64,000 bases of DNA from Balanoglossus misakiensis (lineage: Eukaryota; Animalia; Hemichordata): NCBI GenBank assembly GCA_040954595.2, contig CM082579.2, forward strand, positions 12,835,834 to 12,899,833, given 5' to 3'. The position numbers and the translations under genes are program-made. Shown one piece after another: positions 13,301 to 24,652 of this stretch. Each line of letters opens with the position of its first letter. The stretch's first letter is position 1. A model generated the notes under the pieces. That model had not been told where the DNA came from and did no database searches. It was given only the letters and a program-made list of their open reading frames with translations.

Positions 13301-13673
13301 GGCCAAAAAGAAATAAACTGTGCTGTTCCGATTACATGGTTTTCAAAAATAGGGTAGGTAGATAGGGAAGTTTTTTATTTTGCAAATTTTTTATATCTTT
13401 GGCCGCCATATTGTAGAATAATGACATCATAGTTCTTGCACGATTCTCGCAATTTTCATAAAGAACCATGCAGTTTGGGACATGGGAGTCAATGTTAATA
13501 CCTTTTCATTTTCCAGTTTTTGGATTACCTCAGGGGACACACAATTTTCATACATTTTGTAAATTTTACATCAGTATTTTTAATTCCGGATTACGCAACT
13601 CTAAAATGTTTAGGGTCGGCGGGCTAAAGTTCGGGGAGGTCGGGTAATGGGAACATCACATATTTTATTTGGC
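13301..13673. mobile_element. TIR MITE carrying an ~83-bp templated insertion
   Basis: GGCCAAAAAGAAATAAACTGTGCTGTTCCGATTAC ... GTAATGGGAACATCACATATTTTATTTGGC form imperfect TIRs. Confidence 0.55.
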
Positions 13674-13920
13674 TGAAAGCATAACACTATCTGAGCTATG
13701 CTCATGTCCTCAGGAATGGTTTTTGAAGTTGGGAAATCGGAGGTCTGGAGTTTTGAAATCTACGAAATTGAGAACATTAACTTTACGTTCATGGGTTCGT
13801 ATAGGTGCCAACGAGTTAACGTTGATCACATAAATGCCAAAAACTCGAATACTCACTTGATTTCAAGAGACAGCACTGTCGATTGTAGACGGAGTCAGCA
13901 TCCACGCCACTTCCTCCTGC

Positions 13921-14082
13921 TCACCAGATACCTAGTATCTCGTGCTCACCACTTAGTATCGCGTGCTCACGACTTAGTATGTCGTGCTCACGACTTAGTT
14001 TCTCATGCTCATGACTTGGTATCTCGTGCTCACGACTTAGTTTATCGTGCTCACGACTTAGTATCTCGTGCTCACGAGATAC
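13921..14082. repeat. 21-bp tandem array (CACGACTTAGTATCTCGTGCT), ~7 copies
   Basis: Directly visible. Same unit and orientation as the array at 15104-15423. Confidence 0.9.
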
Positions 14083-14169
14083 TGCCTCATAGTATATTAT
14101 TTGCACTGGCAATATTAACTATGAAGTTTCATACACTTTATTGCTGATGCTTGGTGATTTTCACTTCAT

Positions 14170-14515
14170 TATGAAAGGAAATATATTTCAACATGGGTTT
14201 CAATTATTGTGAAATGTTGGCTTTGAAAGCAAATATCACGAATTTATTCTGAGCTTGTGAAATTTAAAGAGAAAATTGTACAAGAATGGATTGTACAGAC
14301 GAAAACACCAGTCAGATGCCACCGACGATATATCATACCTAAGCTATCAACCGGTCGGCTATACATAAATACAGATGGATGAAATGTCTTCAACATGGTC
14401 TTCTAATTGTCCAAGAAAGCGCCCAGCTACTTCATCATGTATCTATCAATAAATTATGTCGTTAGAGACGTCGTAACCAGCATGTTCTTCACAAAAAATC
14501 CAACCGAGTGACAAT
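14170..14515 (+). pseudogene. Decayed N-terminal part of an integrase-core (IS3EU/IS481-like) transposase
   Basis: Piecewise translation across frameshifts gives EIYFNMGFNYCEMLAL..LS..NLKRKLYKNGLYRRKH..YRWMKCLQHGL..RRR..FTKNP. This matches the N-terminal pattern I recall for eukaryotic integrase-core transposases. No DDE core remains. Confidence 0.5.
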
Positions 14516-15103
14516 CCTACATTTCAAATTATTTTGTCAGAATTAAAATAAGGTGTATTCCTGTGAGTTGATACAGGAATGTATGACACATTACAAATCA
14601 AGCAAAAAACGTTTGGGGGTCTTATGATCGCAAGCTGTACTATGATGCAGTTAACAGTTATTATATAGCACTGGAATTCTAGTATATTTTGCTATTCTTA
14701 AACATTGACGGCGGAGTGAAACACATTGCCCGAAAGGCTGACATGAATACATATGTTTCGATCTTTTATGTTTAAGCGAGTGATAAGCAGCTATTTCTTG
14801 CTCCGAAAAGATTCGCTGCAACTCTAAATTTGGCGATGTAGCCAATACCCGTTTCAGTGTTTAATAAGTGTATAACTCAAAGCAAAGCAAAATTTAGAAC
14901 TATTACCCACCCTTCAAAACATTGTGATGAAATGCTTGAGACTCAGATCTGGAAAGCCCTTAGTCTGATATTTAGCAGTGATTTTCTGGTAACATTGAAT
15001 GTGACATACATAATAATAAAACTGTCTGGCCACATAACCTCCCGCGTTGATCAGTTAAACTTTTGACTCCTTAGGTTCATTGCAATAACATGCGAAATTA
15101 TTT

Positions 15104-15470
15104 CGACTTAGTATTTCGTGCTCATGACTTAGTATCTCGTGCGCACGACTTAGTATCTCGTGCTCACGACTTAGTATCTCGTGCTCACGACTTAGTATCT
15201 CGTGCGCACGACTTAGTATCTCGTGCGCACGACTTAGTATCTCGTGCTCACGACTTAGTCTCTCGTGCGCACGACTTAGTATCTCGTGCGCACGACTTAG
15301 TATCTCGTGCTCACGACTTAGTCTCTCGTGCGCACGACTTAGTATCTCGTGCTCACGACTTAGTCTCTCGTGCGCACGACTTAGTATCTCGTGCTCACGA
15401 CTAAGTATCTCGTGCTCACGATATAAAAACATTTTTTTGCTTTACGAAATGTCCCTTACGGGCTTTCATA
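15104..15470. mobile_element. 21-bp subterminal array (~15 copies) and probable right terminus of an IS3EU-like DNA transposon
   Basis: The array CACGACTTAGT[A/C]TCTCGTGC[T/G] is followed by AAATGTCCCTTACGGGCTTTCATA, an RTA-type end. The left terminus was not found. Confidence 0.55.
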
Positions 15471-16299
15471 GCATAAGTATAAAAGAAACGAAAAATGCCA
15501 AACGTCAAGAGGGTTTCGAGACCCCTCTGGTCTCGAAACCCTCTTGAAATCGTGTTGTTTTTTATTATTATTATTATTATTCCCACTCTCAAAAACATCC
15601 GCTATTCGAAGACCGTTGCACCCAATGACTTGAAATTTGGCTCATAGGTAAAACTCAAAGCAAGTAATTTTCTGATCATGTCACTATGGTAACAGGTCAC
15701 ATGACCTGGCAGCCATCTTGGATTTAAACTTTTAAATTGGTCTCATTTGCATAAAAATGACGAATTCAAATTCTGTGCAAAAACTTTGTGGACCATATGG
15801 CCAGGGTCCTGTATGCCAAATTTCAATGTCTAAGTCCTTGCCGATTTTCAGGAGATGATTTTGAAAGCATTATTTTTCATATTTTCCATGACCATTGGAC
15901 CCAGCCATTAGCCTATACTTTCCATGGTTAAGCTATGGCCACCTAGGATTTTAGATTTATGCCCAATATCTCAACATCCGCTGGGCTGATCAGCTTCAAA
16001 TTTTGTGTGCAGCTAGCCTACCTTCCGACAATCAGTTCCAACTGAAAAAAATAAAATGAAAAATCGACCGATTTTTTTATATTAATTTTTTATGAAATAT
16101 ATACCTATACTTATTCCACTATACTTAAAGGGCGAGGCTCGTCACATATGAACGTATGAGGGCGCCCTTGTGTGGGACTCTCTGGCAACGCGACTGGGGC
16201 CTCTCTAGCAACGCAACTGGGGACTCGCGAGCAACGCGACTGGGGGGACTCACCAACGCGACGAGCTCAGAAATCCCATAATTCCGTGCAAATATCAAA

Positions 16300-19200
16300 A
16301 TGGCTACCAGTCGACGGAAAGCATCTTATAAGAAACGGGACAAAACGAAGATTTATCTCGGGAAATCGTGCTCTGGCTGGAAAGAGCAAAAGCTGTTGAA
16401 CTATGGAAGTCGACCGAATTCTGAATTTGCAACGCATTTACTCGAGATGCACCTGAAATTTTGCCAGCGATGTGTATCACACGGTGATGAGGAGGGAGAC
16501 GAGTCTCTGCAGTCACTGCACAGTCTGCAGTGGTTGACGTCGTCGGTCCGGGACACGGCGACAATGGAGGCAGCAGGAACAACAGTCGAGTCACAGCCCA
16601 CAGCAAATAGGTGAGTGTCTGTGGTCGTTTGTCTGTTCTTTGTAAATTACCGATAAAACTACGTACGTGTAGCAATACACTGGTGCGCCCGTTGCCCTGC
16701 GCAACGCCGGGAACACACAGGCCCGTACACGTATATCTGTTACAGTATCGTTTGTATCGGTAAATAATTTTTATAAGTCGAGCAACAGTAGATATGATGA
16801 TTGTATCGGGCGGATTGTTGGTTGTCCGGTTGCCACGTGAACCTACCCGAACTACAATGTCAATGGTTGGTTGGTTGGTTGGTTGCAGCTTCAAACGCGA
16901 CTGGTAACATTTGTTGAAGCTGCTGATTTTCCTCACTTTCATGACGTCTGATGCAACAAACTATTTCTGGATATTATTTATCTTGTTACTTGTCTCTGAA
17001 TTCTATTTTATTGCATATGGTAGCAGATAATCACACCCCAGACATGATACAACAAACTTTTACAAAGCCAGTTATAACCATGATATTAGGGAACAAATGT
17101 TTTATGACAGTTATGAAATAACATTATTTTTTTTTACTCATGTTGCCCTTGAATGTACATTTTAGCTCTTCATCACCAATTAAACGCCAGGATTCAGGTA
17201 CTTTTATGTAACATAGTGAGATACAGTGAGTTATAATTGCATCGTTGATGTTCAATAGAAATTGTTCTGTTGGGATAATGTGGTTAGAGCATCAAAGTAA
17301 GTTCTTGCTTTGACAAAGATAACCATGCATGTTCTATCTTACTGTTTTTTTTAGGTCAAACACTAATTTATTGTTTGACATCATGAGGATCTGTTTGCAT
17401 GAATAGTTGTTTATAAGATTTCTTCATGTTTTATTTATAAACTTTACAATGTTCAGATAGCATAACTTATATTTGAGCATGCTTATAATTTCATGGTTAT
17501 TTTTTTTTTAACCTCCAGTTTGTTCAGTTGTCAGGTTTCCAGTTAATAGTATTGTGTATTTACAGATGTACATATGGGGATAGTAACAGTCATATTTCTT
17601 GATTTTTCACTTGTTTGTGCGTTTATTACAAATTCTTGTCCTACTTGTAATTGCATGCTGAATTACACAATATTTCACTCGTCAACCATGTGTAAACTGC
17701 TTTGTAATTATTGTTGACATTCTAGTCCAGACTGTGGTCTACTTGTCAACAATAACAACAGTAAACAGAGAAAATGACTCTAACTGGGAGTTTCATGGTA
17801 AATAACAGACCTTTGTAACAATAACTGTGTTAGAGAAAAATAATAGCACAGATATGTACTACATAACTACCGTACTTTTGATGCTCACTTTGTTTTGCTA
17901 ATTTCAGATTTACAATTTGTACCGCTTTCAAGCTCCACTCCTTTGCATGGAAAACCAAAGATACAATCTACAAGGTATGATGAAGAGTATTTTCTTTTAA
18001 ATTGGTCAAGTGGCAAGTTACTTTCAACTCTAAACCCCTGCTTCTCTGATTGATGCTGATTGTATGCTCTTCAGTCAAGGGGTCTCCCCACACCAGACAG
18101 CTCCAGCCCTGTTCGGCACTCAGAACAAGCATCCAGTTGTAACTGTTGCCTCCCACCACCAAATCTATTGTCAGTGTTTAAAATGTGCTTTGTGTCCAGC
18201 CCTCTTCCAAGGCTGAAAAAATCCCTGATTATCACATAATCGATCTGTAATAATGTTTTATTTTCATTTATGAATGATAGACGTGACCTTGATTGTGAAT
18301 ATGACAGCGATGAAACACTCAGTGCAAGTGAAGATGATGACGAAGAGTTTGATGACTGTTATAGAATATCAGAGTGAGCACTACCTCTTGATTTTGATAG
18401 ATACAGTTTTGAAATGTTTTAAAATCCAATACATCATTGTAATTTTTTGCACAGAAGCCGAAACATGCCCAAAAACTTATACATCAGAAGAGACCTGCAG
18501 TACTCCCATACTCCTTCAATATATAATCAGTACCATGTTACAATGGACCATAAAGCAGATACTTTGTAATTTTGAATTACAGAAATGACCAGAACATATC
18601 GGTTGAGGACGTTGTCATTGATACAGATGACTTTGGAACAGATGACAATGGAGCTGTAACTGAAGAGGATGATTTATCCCATGCAACAGAACTGATCAAC
18701 ACCCAAAAGTGCATAGTCTATTTGCCTGTAATACTTGATTTGCTGAAACGGGTACATGGGCTTGTGTGTCACCGCAAGAATTGTCAGAGGAAGCTTGAAT
18801 ACAATCCAACTTTTAGAGGGACTGCCCTTTGTGTTTCATGGAGTTGTTCTGCAGGTCATCTTGGTGGAAGATGGCAGTCCCAACCACGATTTTCTGGCAT
18901 CTTTGCTGGTAACTTGCAAACTGCAGCATGTGTTTTGTTGTCAGGAAACAGCTTTAAGAAGGTCGAACTGATGTTCAGATTTGCCAACATAGCCTTCATG
19001 TCTCACACAACATTCCATAGAATTCAGAGATTGTATGCAGCACCTGCCATTGACCAGTACTTTGAAGTTATGCAGAAAGAACTGATAGATTCGTGTCATA
19101 ATCAAAGAATGATATTATGTGGAGATGGGCGAAATGACTCTCCTGGACACTCAGCCCAGTACCTGTCATACAATATTGGTGACAACTCCCGAAAGTGTGT

Positions 19201-21861
19201 TATCCACACTGAAGTTGTGGATGTACGTGAAGCTGGTGGCAAAAGCCCAAACATGGAACGCATAGGCTTTGAAAGAGCCATGGACCAGATGAAAAAAAAC
19301 CTCCACATCGAAGAAATGATAACCGACGCCCATACCCAAATTGCTGCTGTTATGCGTAAGCGAATACCATTCTGTATTGTCTATCTTTTGGTAGTTGTTC
19401 AGTATCAATAGATACAACTAAATGGATATACATTGTAAATGTAATGCAGGGCTGACATTGAAAACTGGTCACAGATGTATGTGTGCATATTGATCATCAT
19501 TTTGTATTATCATGTACTATTTCAGGTAAATGTGAAAAATATGAAGATATCAAACACTCTTGGGACATCTGGCATGGAGGGAAAAACATCCAAAAAAAAA
19601 TCTTGGAGGTAAGCTAGTACATGCATATTCAAAGTCAGTGGGCTGTACAATATTGTATTTTGAACATTTTCTGTCAGTTTTGGTCAACAAATATCAAAGC
19701 ACAAATGTATTAGCCATTACGATTACTTTTTTCAAATATAAAAAATATGTGTCAATTCCTGTGCAGGAAAATGTATATCTAAATTTGTAAATTGTTTTCT
19801 TCAGTCTTGATTGATCAATATAATGTTCTAATTTGGTATAATTGATATAATATATGTGAGATAGATAATTTATATTCTTATGTAGGCCTCCAAACCTAAA
19901 GATTGTAAAGATCTAATGCACTGGGCAAAAGCAGTCAAAAACCATTTTTGGTATGCAGCCAAGGAGTGTAATGGGAGTGTGACAAAGATGAAGGTACAGT
20001 GTTAACATTTCTTCCTGAAACAGACTGAATAATTTGAGAAACAAACTTTTGAGTGCAAGGTTGATGTAACAGCAAACCTGGTGTTTAAAAAAATTATAAT
20101 GTTCATGTTTTTATGATGCTGGATTGTCAGTCGTCACCTGTAGTCACATCTTGCACATACTCATAATGTACAAATGCCATAAATTATATCATTGAAGCAT
20201 TGATGGTTGTATCAACAAATAGGGAAGCAGTGAAAATACGATGAATCGTAACTTAGAATGTTCGTGAAGGCAGACCAACCCAAACAACTGTTCTTTAGCC
20301 AAATGCAGTAATTATGTTGCTTCTTGTACCACTTTGTAGGCTATCTGGTTTGGAATACTCCACCATGTCGTTGATGAGCATGAGTGGATCTTCAACAGTG
20401 ATGGAACCTATGGAAGGTGTGGTCATGAGCCGATACACGATCATCAGCAGACACCATGGCTGACAAAGGGTTCAGCATCACATTTAGCACTCCGAAAGAT
20501 TGTTGAGGACAAGCGTCTGTTGAAGAATTTTCCTTACTTTGTCAACTTTCGGTAAATATACACTTCCCTTGACATTTATTCACTGAATGCAACAGAAATG
20601 GAAGTATTTATGCTTTACTAGAGATACTTTTTCCTTTTGAAAGAGGATATAAGTAGTAGAAATGTGTTTATGTTTGTTTGAAGCAATATATGATTCATAT
20701 CATAAGGGAGAACTTCATGTATAAGCAATTATTATTTATTGGGAAATACTAACTGGTATTTCATTCCATTTCAGACACACTGGTTTCTTGGAGTCTTTCC
20801 ATAGCCATTTGCTGATGTATGCACCCAAGCGTCACTCTTATTCGTAAGCTTATTATTTGTAAAAAAAACATTTTTTTTGACAACTCATTTCCTTTATGCT
20901 GTTTATTTTTAAAAAGAGTGGAGTTGACAGGATGGTTTGTTGACATTTTGTGAATTTCCAGCGAAAGTTATTGAGAGCAGTGTCTTGCTCTTTATGTAAA
21001 CACAATACTAGTAGATGGTTTACTTAGTTTGGGGTATTTGTATCAGCCCACTAGCCATTCCTAGATACTAATTATTTTGTATATACAGTTGCAATACAAT
21101 GGTGTGACATAAACTTTTTGGACAGTTCACTGCAGTTCAACTGCCAATACATAACTAATCCTTCTTCCTCCTCATTTCAGGTTTGTAGGCTATAAGGCAC
21201 GGACACAGTTGGCTGTCATAGATTATAACAAGCATAGTAATCGGCAGCCAGTGCTTGACACTGATGGACAACCAAAGTAAGTTGGTACAATCCTTTCATC
21301 AGTGTAACTGTGTGTAACACAACAGCTGCAGGGGGTTGTTAGTTTTGGTCTAAATATCAGATTGAACTGCCGTTAATATGAATTTCAATGATCAGTCACT
21401 ATGTCAAGTAAAGACACTTGATTAATCACCTGTGTTTCCCAGTTTCTGAGTACCTAAACATGTTGAAGGAAGTTGAGATCCTATGTGTAGATCTATTGAT
21501 GTGTGTACTGTGTTTTAAATTTGATTGTTCCTTGCAGACTTACATGTCTACTGTTCAACAATTAAACTAATATTCAATTGGTTATGTCAGGTTCCATCGA
21601 AAGTACTCGAAGAGGACACAGATGTTTTACCCTGTTCCTGTGGTACAGACAAAGAAGTACGACTACATCCCCATTATGCAGCAGCAGATATTCGAAAAGC
21701 GGGTTAGGGTTGAGGGCCATTTGTCACAGCATGTTTCGCTTTCAGAAAATGATCCTCGTCGTATACATGCCAGGAGGTCAATGATGAATCTTCCAACAGT
21801 TGCAAATTTGGTATCATCTCATCAGAGTAGATTTGCCAAATCTGCAGCTTCAGGAGAATAA
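16300..21861 (+). CDS. Kolobok DDE transposase, 11 exons, ~704 aa
   Basis: Exons 16300-16610, 17166-17197, 17908-17974, 18281-18373, 18583-19355, 19526-19608, 19886-19993, 20340-20551, 20775-20843, 21181-21276 and 21591-21861 splice GT-AG in frame (2115 nt, no stops). Motifs: C..C..C..GH Zn finger, CGDGRNDSPGHSAQY (D), MITDAH (D), WDIWH, NHFWY, TGFLESFH (E), YAPKR, RTQLAVIDYN. The small exons 2-4 are less certain. Confidence 0.88.
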
Positions 21862-23239
21862 ATAGCAACTCGTCAAAATACGGACACACTCAAATACGAC
21901 GCGTTATCGACCAATTAGTGTAATAACCCCTAATTATTCTGTACCACCAGAATATCTTTTTCGAAGACAAATGTCTAAATGTTTTTTTCATGCATGTGAA
22001 ATGAGTTTGTTTGCTTAGTGGGTTTGAATAAAATAACGTACGGGCCTGCACAAGCATTGTTGATTGGTGTTTTGATCATTTTCTTACATGCCAATTATCA
22101 AACAATTTTCGTTACTTGAATTACATTTTGTACTTTAAACCCAGGTTTCTCCATCCCGCTAATTTTAGTACAAAAGTTTACAAAATATTCACATGGTCCT
22201 GCTAAGGTATTTCAACATTTTATTTGTAAAACAAAAAGGAAATAATTTGTCTATTTTACATGATTGATTGTCAAAAGCAAAAGATATATGGAATGAACAC
22301 ACACACACACACACTGTAACTACTGATAGTGGATGTGGGATATATAACCATCCCGGACGTCATTTATTGTACAGCCCATTGGCTACCTCCTTGGGCGATA
22401 CCATTACTCTTAGGGTTGCCGAGACTTATGTTTCACTGAAGGTCTGTTCCTGCGAGAAGTGAACAATTTAGCACAGAAACAAAAAGCTCACGTTCTTTCA
22501 GAAACATAATGGTGAGTTTGACACCCTAAACTGAGTTACAATAGATAAAACTACCGTAAACACATTTATATGTAGTTCATATCATTGTTAGTATCTAAAA
22601 TTGGCTGGTACCCTGCCTCGGTGACAAACACCAAAGAGGCTGGTAAACACAAACCGCCATATTTAGAATTGTGGAATCTGATTGGCTAATAAATGAACGT
22701 TTTATAACTTCCGGGCTACATTCAAACTGTCGCGTTTCTTGACATTCATTTTTACTCTTCCCGAATATACATATTTTTTAAAAAACCAACAGTTTATGAT
22801 GGAAGTGAAGCTAAAATCAATACAACTACTGACACACATGTACGCAAGTTTTACAACAGACATGCGCATTTGGCTGGTATGCGCATTAGCCCACTTCCGG
22901 GAAAGTGTCAAAAAACTAACACATTACAAAGTGGCGGTCGGCCTTTATCTGCGTCTATCTTCGTGACGCGTCTTTTTGCCAAGTCACGTGAGACGCAGTG
23001 TTCAGCGAATATCTAAAACAGAAAAAGTTATTAAATGGGCAACCTCGATGATACAAATCATGGAGAATTGTGGGTAAAATATCTTACTGTGCCCCTCGGC
23101 CACCTTAAAAGTAATGGTATCGTCCAAAGGGGTAGCACTTGGGCCGTACAATAAACAAGGTCCACCATCCAACTGGAGCTAGTAAAATATGGCATATAGA
23201 TAATATTAAAAAAACAGGAATAAAACATGTTCCCTGGTG

Positions 23240-24652
23240 TTAATCCTGGATGTGTCCATCCCGATAACCAACATAAACATTGTTGGGGCTGGGAAACCGT
23301 CGCCGAATTGCCCAAACGCAACACGAGGGGACAACACGACGGTTCCCAGCACCCAACCTCCCATGTTGCCAATATATATACTGCCGATAGGCATAGTGTC
23401 TAAAACAGGCATTGTCTCTCATCGGATCATCTGCATACACATCTGCTGCCCACCGCATGGCCACCTCTAAAACATTTGCATCCATAACTAAGTGGGAAAA
23501 CAAATGTGTGTTCGTAATACAGCCTTGGTTGCGACGTGTGGAACAACATTTCTTTTCCTTCTGTGTAGGCATATCCTGGCACCTACCACACTTACACCAG
23601 GGAAGACTGGTGCCAGGGCCAGGATCGGGTTGGGATGGGGGCTGCAGAGGCTGATAGTGTTGATGATGTTCTTGCTGCAGATCGGCCCAGGCTCCAGGTT
23701 GTCGTCTGAGCAATTCCACCATCAAACTTTCCAGGTGCTCACGGCTTTGTCTCTGCACAAAGTCCTGTAAGAGAGAAATAAAGATATTTTAAAACAATTT
23801 TAAATAATATATGTTAATAATCCAAGTAGAGTTTGGCAAGCAGAATTTGTGTACCTTCATCTGTCTTTCATTTTCTTCAATTTTCTCCTCCGGTTGTAAT
23901 GATTCTAGAATCACCCGGGATCTTTTCTTTGATCTGGTATCATCACTCCCATCAGACCTCTCAATTTCTTCTTCAGATGTTGAATCCTGTAACAATATTA
24001 TTTTATTGATGATGAGAATGTCTTTATCGTTTTGATAAATTCCATCTTCACAATTTTCAACAATTCCAATGACAGTCCCAATGCAGTAATAATTCTGATT
24101 TGAATTTCACTCAAACAAATTGAAAAAGGAACATTCTCCACCTTCAAATTTATTTTCCCTCTTGTTAAGAAAATGGTGAACAGTGGGCTCATATGACAGT
24201 CTTTTTGTTCAAAAAATCATCACCCCCCCCCCCCCAAGTCCTCAGGTAAATTCCACTGCTTCGATGGGCAGCCCATTCCTAGTTTACATGCCATCAAGAG
24301 AAAACAGAGCGTGTGCCGCGAAGTTCACGTATATCTTTTCTGAGACATTTCGGAAAGTTGAGGCAAACAGACATGTTTACAATGTACGAAACAAAACATA
24401 TTATCGAACATGCATGCTTACCTCGTCCTTGTTTACACATGGACGGCGTTTTCCGCAGGTGCAGGCAGTGTTGCACAGCAAGTCCAGTGCTTTACATGGA
24501 CATGCTCCCCGTCCTTTACTGCGAGCACACATACCCCGACAGTTGCACGACCTAGGGTTGGAGCCTTCTGTGGGGTACTGTGCAAGCGCTGTCTCCAACT
24601 CATGCAAGACGAAGGTGCTCTCGTCGTCCCCATCCCCAGCTACCCCCGCCAT
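23240..24652 (-). CDS. KolX accessory protein: CXC-like Cys cluster + acidic linker + P2X7-ballast-like Zn domain, 3 exons, ~295 aa
   Basis: Exons 24652-24422, 23986-23855 and 23764-23240 all join in phase 0. N-terminus SCNCRGMC..CPC..CNTACTC..CVN. C-terminus WCKCGRCQDMPT..KKCC..CIT..FRHYAYRQY..GRLGAGNRRVVPSCCVWAIRRRFP..YVGY. Confidence 0.85.

Noticed and set aside
10480-15423. 63-bp and 21-bp arrays as CRISPR arrays
   Set aside because: The units are contiguous with no unique spacers, no cas genes are present, and the context is eukaryotic and intron-containing.
15055-15432. ORFs of (HEILSRA)n / (HDLVSRA)n
   Set aside because: These are by-products of a stop-free 21-bp DNA repeat that is open on both strands.
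13679-15476. GCATAA at 13679-13684 and 15471-15476 as the 6-bp TSD of the IS3EU-like element
   Set aside because: The sequence after the left GCATAA is not an inverted match to the right terminus, so it is probably chance in AT-rich DNA. Not fully excluded.
16304-16942. 212-aa minus-strand ORF in the Kolobok as a third gene
   Set aside because: It is antisense to transposase exon 1 and a GC-rich intron start, and has no recognisable motifs.
23240-23758. Host P2X7 purinoceptor gene
   Set aside because: Only the ballast-like domain is present, with no transmembrane or ectodomain exons, and it lies inside a TTAA-flanked transposon.
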